From assembly GCF_004353825.1 (NCBI RefSeq), contig NZ_SMNA01000009.1, forward strand, positions 62,001 through 126,000: a stretch of DNA of 64,000 nucleotides. The letters run 5' to 3'. Each line of letters starts with the position of its first letter. Position 1 is the stretch's first letter. The notes below the pieces were generated by a model, which was given only the letters and a program-made list of their open reading frames with translations, did not search any database and was not told where the DNA came from. Shown here piece after piece: positions 27,655 through 34,213 of this stretch. Source of the DNA: Occultella glacieicola. Lineage in GTDB: Bacteria; Actinomycetota; Actinomycetes; Actinomycetales; Beutenbergiaceae. The position numbers and the translations under genes were made by a program.

Positions 27655-27676
27655 ACAGTAGGGCCCAGGACCGACA
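27655..27676 (-). promoter_or_regulatory. PafBC-dependent (RecA-NDp-type) promoter of the ATPase gene
   Basis: Minus strand TGTCGG-TCCTGGGCCC-TACTGT, then 7 nt to the ATG (leaderless geometry). Confidence 0.78.
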
Positions 27677-27767
27677 GCGGGGCCGCCGTCGCCCGTTCCT
27701 GCCGACGGGCACGACAACTACTGGCAACCCGGTGGGGGTCCGGGCACCACGGCATTACGGTCGCGCC

Positions 27768-28658
27768 ATGGCGCAGGAGCTGTCGGAACGGCCCGAAATT
27801 GCCCCGGGGGTCACCCTGACCACGGGAGAGGCCGGGCTGCCCATGATCCGGGTGGAGCGCGGACCGGCAGCGGGTTCGCTCTACCTGCACGGCGCCCACG
27901 TGGTCGAGTGGGTTCCGGTCGGGCGCGGTTCGGTCCTGTGGCGCAGCGCCGTACCGCACGACGGCGGGTCGGGACTGATCCGCGGTGGCGTCCCGATCTG
28001 CTTCCCCTGGTTCGGCAGCGGTCCGGACGGCGACCGCGATCCGCTGCACGGGTTCGCGGGCCGGCTCCCGTGGGAACTCGACGAGATCCGCGACACCGAC
28101 GACGGCGTCCTGGTGGTACTGCAGCTGAGCGACTCACCGGCGACCACGGTCCACTGGCCGCACCGTTTCGAGGCGACCTATCAGGTGCTGTTCGGCGAGG
28201 ACCTCCGGCTGAGCCTGCAGGTCCGCAACACCGGCACCGAGGCCTTCACGTTCGAGCAGGCCCTGCACAGCTACTTCACCGTCAACGACGTCGCCGGGAT
28301 CGCGATCCGTGGACTCGAGGGCGCCACCTACACCGACCGGGCACCCGGGGCCGCCCACCCCAGGGGCGTGCTCGGCGGCCCGCTGCACATCGTGGGGGAG
28401 ACCGACCGGGTCTTCGAGGAGACCACGGCCACGACCTACATCCAGGACACCCTGCACACGGTGCGGATCGCGAAGACCGGCGCGTCCAGCACCGTCGTGT
28501 GGAACCCGTGGACGGACAAGGCTCAGGTCATGCCCGACTTCGGTGACGACGAGTGGCCCTGGATGGTGTGCGTGGAGTCCGGCAACGTCGGCTCCGACGC
28601 GATCACCCTCTCGCCCGGGCAGGCACACACGATGACCACCACGATCACGCTGGACTGA
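27768..28658 (+). CDS. D-hexose-6-phosphate mutarotase (aldose 1-epimerase family, YeaD-like)
   Basis: IRGGVPICFPWFG, HGFA, ALHSYF, VVWNPW and MVCVE. Confidence 0.92.
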   Translation: MAQELSERPEIAPGVTLTTGEAGLPMIRVERGPAAGSLYLHGAHVVEWVPVGRGSVLWRSAVPHDGGSGLIRGGVPICFPWFGSGPDGDRDPLHGFAGRLPWELDEIRDTDDGVLVVLQLSDSPATTVHWPHRFEATYQVLFGEDLRLSLQVRNTGTEAFTFEQALHSYFTVNDVAGIAIRGLEGATYTDRAPGAAHPRGVLGGPLHIVGETDRVFEETTATTYIQDTLHTVRIAKTGASSTVVWNPWTDKAQVMPDFGDDEWPWMVCVESGNVGSDAITLSPGQAHTMTTTITLD

Positions 28659-28678
28659 CCGGTCCGCCGAGCCCGTCC

Positions 28679-28711
28679 GCGACCGGCGATGCCGGCCGGC
28701 AAGCCGGTCGC
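28679..28711 (+). terminator. Hairpin downstream of the mutarotase gene
   Basis: GCGACCGGC...GCCGGTCGC inverted repeat. Confidence 0.45.
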
Positions 28712-28734
28712 CGTCGTGGTCGAGGATCGGGCAC

Positions 28735-28801
28735 CCATCCGTTCGGCGACCCGCTCCGAATGACCCCTGACCGGACCATCCGGTCGAGAGCCCGACCGAG
28801 A
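28735..28801 (+). promoter_or_regulatory. SigK-type autoregulatory promoter(s)
   Basis: CCATCC-N15-CCGAAT (28735-28761) and a second CCATCC-N14-CCGAGA (28776-28801). Confidence 0.65.
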
Positions 28802-28808
28802 CGAGCGT

Positions 28809-29423
28809 ATGGTTCCGCGAATGCAACCGGTGCCGGGGGAACGAGAGCCCCTCGGCGGCGGTCCGACCCCGGACGAGCCGACCGAGTTGGCCGAGCTGCT
28901 CCGTCGGAGCGCGCGCGGGGACGAACACGCGTTCGCGCGACTGTACGACAGCACGTCGGCGCGGGTCTTCGGCGTCGTGGTGCGTGTGGTGCGTGACCGC
29001 GCCCAAGCGGCGGAGGTGACCCAGGACTGCTACCTGCAGGTGTGGCAGCAGTCGGCGCGGTTCGATGCGGCCCGCGGCTCGGTGCTCGCGTGGATGCTCA
29101 CGCTGGCCCACCGACGCGCGGTGGACCGGGTGCGCTCGGCGCAGGCCGCCGGAGCGCGAGACGCACGCTACGCCGTGCGTGAGCCAACCCAGGAGCGCGA
29201 TGTCGGCGAGGCGGTCGTGGACAAGTTGGAGGCCGAACGTGTGCGTAAGGCCCTGGGGACCCTGACCGGGATCCAGCGCGAGGCGATCGAGCTCGCCTAT
29301 CTGGGTGGCTACACCCACACGGAGGTGGCCGGCCTCCTCGACATCCCGCTCGGCACGGCGAAGACTCGGCTACGGGACGGACTGATCCGGCTACGAGACC
29401 ATTTCGGGGGTGAGAGGCGATGA
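28809..29423 (+). CDS. sigK: ECF sigma factor SigK (start at 28809 or 28821)
   Basis: GDEHAFARLYD, WMLTLAHRRAVDRVRS and PLGTAKTRLRDGLIRLR. Confidence 0.9.
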   Translation: MVPRMQPVPGEREPLGGGPTPDEPTELAELLRRSARGDEHAFARLYDSTSARVFGVVVRVVRDRAQAAEVTQDCYLQVWQQSARFDAARGSVLAWMLTLAHRRAVDRVRSAQAAGARDARYAVREPTQERDVGEAVVDKLEAERVRKALGTLTGIQREAIELAYLGGYTHTEVAGLLDIPLGTAKTRLRDGLIRLRDHFGGERR

Positions 29424-30322
29424 CCGTGGAAGGTGAGTCGGCGCACGTGCTGACCGGGGCCTACGTCCTCGATGCGCTCGATGCCGACGAGCTCAGGGCG
29501 TTCGAGCTACACCTCGCGGCGTGCTGCGACTGCCGTGAGGAGGTGCAGTCCCTGCGTGCGGCCGTGTTGCGTCTGCCCGCCGTGAGCGCGGTGGCTCCAC
29601 CGCCCGAGTTGCGTGGATCGGTGCTCGGCCTCATCTCGCAGGTGCGCCCCCTGCCGCCGCTGCCCGAGCACACGCTCGCCACCGACGGCACCGACGGCAC
29701 CGACGGCACCGACGGCACCGACGGCACCGATCCCGAACGGTCGGTGTCCGGCGGCCCCGACCGCGACGCAGCGGCCGAGCCGGCCGAGCCGACCGAGCCG
29801 ACCGAGCCGACCGAGTTCAGCCGTGCTCGGGCCCGCCGCGATCGGCGCGCCAACCGATGGCGACTCGTCGCGGCCGCGGCCGTGATCGTCGCCCTCGGCA
29901 GCGTGGGATGGGGAGTCCTCGGACCCGAGGAGCCGCCGGCTCGCGAGCTGGCGGGAGTGCAGCGGGAGAGCGAGGCCCAGCTGCTGGCCCTCCTGGAGGC
30001 GCCCGACCTCGAGGTCTATGCGAGCGGTGACGCCGCCGGGGTGCATGGCACTGTGTTGCGCTCGAGCGCCCTGGACAGTTCGGCCGCGGTCCTGCGGAAC
30101 CTGCCGGGTCTGGGACCGGACGAGGTCTTCCAGGCGTGGACGCTCGAGGGGGCGGTCCCGGCGAGTGCCGGGTTGTTCGCGTCCTCGGACGGCGGTGCGA
30201 TCGTGGTGCTCGAGGGTGACGTCCTCGGCGCGGACTCCGTTGCCGTGACGATCGAGCCGGCGGGTGGCTCGCCCGCACCGACCGGCGACATCCTGGTCCA
30301 GGTCCCCGTCGTGCAGTCCTAA
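29420..30322 (+). CDS. rskA: Anti-sigma-K factor RskA with zinc-binding (ZAS) motif
   Basis: H...GAYVLDAL...HLAACCDC, one TM segment, C-terminal FQAW...AVTIEPAGGSPAPT. Confidence 0.88.
   Translation: MTVEGESAHVLTGAYVLDALDADELRAFELHLAACCDCREEVQSLRAAVLRLPAVSAVAPPPELRGSVLGLISQVRPLPPLPEHTLATDGTDGTDGTDGTDGTDPERSVSGGPDRDAAAEPAEPTEPTEPTEFSRARARRDRRANRWRLVAAAAVIVALGSVGWGVLGPEEPPARELAGVQRESEAQLLALLEAPDLEVYASGDAAGVHGTVLRSSALDSSAAVLRNLPGLGPDEVFQAWTLEGAVPASAGLFASSDGGAIVVLEGDVLGADSVAVTIEPAGGSPAPTGDILVQVPVVQS
29680..29815 (+). repeat. Two in-frame 9-bp tandem repeat arrays in rskA
   Basis: (CACCGACGG)x5.7 at 29680-29730 encodes TDG repeats; (RCCGAGCCG)x4.7 at 29774-29815 encodes AEP/TEP. Confidence 0.9.
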
Positions 30323-30429
30323 CCGCGGGTGAGCCCCACCGGGGCCCGCCGTGCCGGGGCCGCGGGCCCGCCGTACCCTGACCGGAACGGGTGCTCGCCA
30401 GGGGACCCGGCATCGAGGAGGTGGCACCC

Positions 30430-30591
30430 ATGCAGCAGGCACAGCCGACGGACCCTTCGGATCAGGAGCGGCGCGAGCCGAGCACGGACGACCAGGGGGA
30501 GGCGCCCGGTTCGGAGCACGAGGACACGTTCGTGGACGAGTCCGCCACACCCGAGCACGGGACCGGATCCGAGCCGGAGATCCCGGAGTAG
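30430..30591 (+). CDS. Small acidic hypothetical protein (53 aa)
   Basis: Strong SD GAGGAGGT before ATG 30430; MQQAQPTDPSDQERREP...EPEIPE. Confidence 0.5.
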   Translation: MQQAQPTDPSDQERREPSTDDQGEAPGSEHEDTFVDESATPEHGTGSEPEIPE

Positions 30592-30641
30592 GACCCGCGG
30601 CCGTCCTTCGGCGAGACCGACAGCGACGACCTCGGCTACGA

Positions 30642-30676
30642 CGAAGGCCCCCGACCGATCCGGTCGGGGGCCTTCG
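30642..30676. terminator. Strong hairpin at the tRNA-Leu 3' end (possibly bidirectional)
   Basis: CGAAGGCCCCCGACCG-ATC-CGGTCGGGGGCCTTCG, a perfect 16-bp stem. Confidence 0.8.
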
Positions 30677-30694
30677 CGTCGCTGTCTCAACGAG

Positions 30695-30780
30695 TGTCCG
30701 AGGGGGGACTTGAACCCCCACGCCCGATAAAGGGCACTAGCACCTCAAGCTAGCGCGTCTGCCAATTCCGCCACCCGGAC
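30695..30780 (-). tRNA. tRNA-Leu(GAG), CCA not encoded
   Basis: Reverse complement GTCCGGGTGGCGGAATTGGCAGACGCGCTAGC-TTGAGGT-GCTAG...GGGGGTTCAAGTCCCCCCTCGGACA; long variable arm. Confidence 0.97.
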
Positions 30781-30860
30781 TCAGGTGGTCGTGAAGGGCC
30801 CGTTCGAGCCGCTCACAACGCCCGTAAAGATATCACGCGAGGGGCGCAGTTCCGAACACG

Positions 30861-30896
30861 CCGATGGGGCCCGGCCGGGTGGCCGGGCCCCATCGG
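30861..30896 (-). terminator. Hairpin terminator of the S8 protease gene
   Basis: CCGATGGGGCCCGGCC-GGGT-GGCCGGGCCCCATCGG, a perfect 16-bp stem. Confidence 0.8.
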
Positions 30897-30927
30897 TTCA
30901 GCCCTGGTTCAACTCCGGTTCAGCGGA

Positions 30928-33801
30928 TCAGCAGATGCCGAACAGGATGCACTTGAGCAGTGCCGCCAGGAGCTGAGCGAGCAGCTTCAGCAGGTCGCCG
31001 ATCGACGGCGGGCCCGGCGGGTCCACCGGCGGCGGGTTCCCGTCACCGTCCCGGTCGACCGTGAACGCCGGCGACGTGAAGCTCTCCACGTGGTCGGGGT
31101 TCGCCTCGTCGCCGAGCGCGGCCAGGGCCGTGATCTCCATCACGTAGTTGCCGTCGGGCAGGGTCTGCACCCGGTCACCGCCACGCCCGTGGCCCGGGCC
31201 GGTCAGCGTCCCGTCCCAGGTGAACGCGCTGAAGTCGTTCGGGTTGACGGAGCGGCCCAGGTAGTCGTGCACCTGGTAGGTCGGGTTCACCCCGGCCGGG
31301 TCGCCCCGGCTGCCGTCCGCGTTCGCGTGGTAGATGTCCACCTGCACCGACCGCGCCGGGTGCGCCAGGTTCACGAGGGTGGTCGGCACGTCGCCGTCCG
31401 CCATCGAGTAGACCTGGCCCTCCTCCGCGAGGTCCCAGGAACCGCCGGCGAGGCAGTCCGGCCCCTCGAGCACGCTGCACTCGGTGAGCGCGGCCAGGGC
31501 CGGGAACGCCGAGCCCTCGGTCAGCATCAGCGGCAGGGCCTGGTAGTCGCCCGCGAACCCGGCGTAGGGCACCCGGATCGGCTGCGCGGCGCCGGCCGTC
31601 AGCGAGATGTAGCCGCCGTACTGGGCCAGTTCGAGGTCGGCGCTCGGGGTGATCGAGACGTCGATCTCGACGCTGCCACCGGCCGGCACGGTCACCGAGG
31701 CCGGCATGTCGACGGTGGACTCGGCCCAGTAGAAGCTGGGGTTGTACGGCGCGCCCCCGGTCGAGACCGCGTCCTCGAAGGTGAGGTCGTAGGTGAGCTC
31801 GTCGGCACCGGTGTTGGTCACCGTGAGCGTCCGGGTCACCGGGCCCGCCTCGCTCTCCCCGAGGGAGAGCTTGCCGGGTGAGACCAGGGTCTCGGTCAGG
31901 ATCGCGTCGTCGATGTCCAGCATCCCGGCGCCCTGACGGTGCACCGGTTCGAGCGCCCCGACGCCCGTGTTGAGGGACCACAGGGCCGGGTCGGCGTTGT
32001 TCTGCAGGACGTCCCGGACCGCCGACGGCGTCGTGCCGGGATGGGCTTGCAGGTACAGGGCGACGGCGCCCGCCACGTGCGGCGACGACATCGACGTGCC
32101 CGAGTTGCTGGCGTGGCCACCCTGCTCGAGCGGGACCGTCGACCAGATCGACCCACCGGGGGCGCCGATGTCCGGCTTGATCTGCAGGTCCGCCGTCATC
32201 CCGTACGAGCTGAAGCTGGAGATCAGCCCACCCGTCGGGTTCGGTGCCGTGGTGGTCTGGTCCGTCCAGGTCAGGTCCACCGGGCCGGCGAGGGCCGCCG
32301 CGGTGTACGCCTGCCCGTCCTCGGCCCCGATGAAGATCACCGGGATGGTGATCGGCTCGGCACCCTCGACGGTCGCGTTGAGCAGGCCGGGCACGTTGTT
32401 GTAGATCAGGACGGCGGCCGCACCGGCGTTCTGCGCGGTCAGCGCCTTGTTGTAGAAGCTGGCGTCACACTCCGGCGTGTTCGGCCCGAGGCCACGTTCG
32501 ACCAGGACCGCGGAACCGGTGAGGTCCGCCTCGATCGGGGTACAGGCCCGAGCCTCGTCGGTGCCCGGTTCGCCGAGCGCGACCAGCGGCAGCGAGCCCG
32601 AGGTCGGTGCCTCCGGGGAGCCCGTGGCGGGGGTGTACCCGGCCAGGTGGTCTCCGACGGCCACGGCGTTCGCCGTGATCTGGGTGTTGTCGTAGGAGGC
32701 GACACCGATCACCTTGTCGCCGACGCCGGGGGCGCCGGCGGCCCAGGTGCCGAGGTCGCCCTCGTTGCCGATGGAGGCGACGACCACGACGCCCGCGTCC
32801 ACGAGGTTGTCCGAGGCGACCGCCGTCGGGTACTCCGGCCAGGTCGCCAGGGCGGAGCCGATCGACATGTTCAGCACGTCCATGCCGTCCGCGAGGGCCA
32901 GCTCCATGGCCTCGATCATGACGTCGGCCGTGGTGGAGCCGGCGCAGCCGAACACGCGGTAGGCGCCGAGGGTCGCGTCGGGGGCAACGCCCCGCACTCC
33001 GTCGTTGGCGAGATCGCCGTTCGCGCCGACGATGCCGGCCACGTGCGTGCCGTGACCCTCGCAGTCGTCGGGGTTGCCGTCCGGCTGCGGCACCGGCTGG
33101 TAGGCCGGGTCGGAGGGGTCGGCGTTGTAGGAGTCACCGACGAGGTCGTACCCGTAGGCGATGCGCTCGGTGGGGAACGACGTCTCACCGGGCACGCCGG
33201 AGCCGCCGAAGTCCGGGTGGTCGATGTCCACGCCGGTGTCCATCACCCCGACCCGCAGGCCCTCGCCGGTGAAGCCGAGCTCGCTCTGGGCGATGTCCGC
33301 GCCGGACTGGGACAGTGCCGACGCCAGGTCCGGTACGGGGGAGTTCTGGTCCTCCGGGATCTCGTACAGCAGGACCGGGAAGACCGCGACCACACTGTCG
33401 GCCTCCTCGGCGAGCGTGGCGGCATCATCGTCCGACACGGCGACCGAGAGGCCGTTCCAGAGGGTGCTGTAGGTGTTGCGGACATCCACCTCGACGCCCA
33501 GGTCCGCGGCCTCGTCGAGGAAGGCCTGCTGGTCGCTCGCCGTCGCGGCGACGGTGCCACCTCGCGCCGTCGGTGCGGCCTCGAGCTGGACGAACCACGC
33601 CCCGGTCGGGGACGTGAGATCGCCCTCGTCGGTGGGGGAGGCCGCTCCGTAGTCGGAGGCCGTGCCGAGGTCTCCGGCATCGGGACTGGCAGACGCGGCT
33701 GTGATCGGGACGGCAGTGGCGGCGATGATGCCTGCCACCGAGCCCAAGGCAACAGCCCGACGTCTGCTCGGGCTCACCCCAGACCAACTGGGTCGACGCA
33801 T
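30928..33801 (-). CDS. Secreted S8 subtilase with inhibitor prodomain, PA and Fn3-like domains (Vpr-like)
   Basis: Triad MDTGVD, GHGTHVAG and SGTSMSSPHVAG; N-terminal signal peptide; SD GAGGAG. Confidence 0.93.
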   Translation of the reverse strand: MRRPSWSGVSPSRRRAVALGSVAGIIAATAVPITAASASPDAGDLGTASDYGAASPTDEGDLTSPTGAWFVQLEAAPTARGGTVAATASDQQAFLDEAADLGVEVDVRNTYSTLWNGLSVAVSDDDAATLAEEADSVVAVFPVLLYEIPEDQNSPVPDLASALSQSGADIAQSELGFTGEGLRVGVMDTGVDIDHPDFGGSGVPGETSFPTERIAYGYDLVGDSYNADPSDPAYQPVPQPDGNPDDCEGHGTHVAGIVGANGDLANDGVRGVAPDATLGAYRVFGCAGSTTADVMIEAMELALADGMDVLNMSIGSALATWPEYPTAVASDNLVDAGVVVVASIGNEGDLGTWAAGAPGVGDKVIGVASYDNTQITANAVAVGDHLAGYTPATGSPEAPTSGSLPLVALGEPGTDEARACTPIEADLTGSAVLVERGLGPNTPECDASFYNKALTAQNAGAAAVLIYNNVPGLLNATVEGAEPITIPVIFIGAEDGQAYTAAALAGPVDLTWTDQTTTAPNPTGGLISSFSSYGMTADLQIKPDIGAPGGSIWSTVPLEQGGHASNSGTSMSSPHVAGAVALYLQAHPGTTPSAVRDVLQNNADPALWSLNTGVGALEPVHRQGAGMLDIDDAILTETLVSPGKLSLGESEAGPVTRTLTVTNTGADELTYDLTFEDAVSTGGAPYNPSFYWAESTVDMPASVTVPAGGSVEIDVSITPSADLELAQYGGYISLTAGAAQPIRVPYAGFAGDYQALPLMLTEGSAFPALAALTECSVLEGPDCLAGGSWDLAEEGQVYSMADGDVPTTLVNLAHPARSVQVDIYHANADGSRGDPAGVNPTYQVHDYLGRSVNPNDFSAFTWDGTLTGPGHGRGGDRVQTLPDGNYVMEITALAALGDEANPDHVESFTSPAFTVDRDGDGNPPPVDPPGPPSIGDLLKLLAQLLAALLKCILFGIC

Positions 33802-33879
33802 GAAGGATCTCCTCATCGTGATGTCGCGAGGCTCCCGGACCAGGAGCATTCGAGCAACATACTGGGAATGAGGGGGAAT

Positions 33880-33895
33880 TGTGAACGGGGTCACA
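33880..33895. promoter_or_regulatory. CRP/GlxR-type site at the S8 protease promoter
   Basis: TGTGA-ACGGGG-TCACA is a perfect TGTGA-N6-TCACA; minus-strand -10 TATGTT at 33861-33856. Confidence 0.75.
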
Positions 33896-33944
33896 CCGAA
33901 CGGGTCGAACCGAGGGCCACACTCGGGGCGCTCGGGACGGCATG

Positions 33945-34074
33945 AGGAACGGCCCCGAGGCGCAGTACGCCTCGGGGCCGCCCGCGCGACGGCCGTTCAG
34001 AGGGGGGCCGTTCGGCCCGTCGCGACGAGCCGGGCTTCAACGTCTCCGAGGGGGACGGGGACTGGTCCCGGCTG
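33945..34074 (-). ncRNA. Candidate small RNA with two C-rich-loop hairpins and a terminator (6C/F6-like)
   Basis: -10 TACAGT (34087-34082); stem AGCCGGG/CCCGGCT enclosing CCCCGTCCCCC; stem CGCGACGG(G)CCG/CGGCCGTCGCG enclosing CCCCCC; terminal 13-bp hairpin at 33950-33980. Confidence 0.6.
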
Positions 34075-34213
34075 AGGACCAACTGTACTAGAAAGTCCGG
34101 CGTTCAACGAGTCTCTCGTCGAACCGTTCGCGCGTGCGGGCCCGGCATCCGACAAGCACCCGACAGGCACCCGCGTGGACGACCCGGATCCGGGTTCCGG
34201 TAAGAATGGGCGC

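Noticed and set aside
30600..30780. Integrative element at tRNA-Leu
   Set aside because: No integrase gene and no duplicated tRNA 3' end (att site) seen in the window.
34149..34165. CCGACA direct repeat (11-bp period) upstream of dcp
   Set aside because: It reads TGTCGG on the minus strand but has no TA-N3-T at the 10-nt spacing, and is too short to assign to a regulator.
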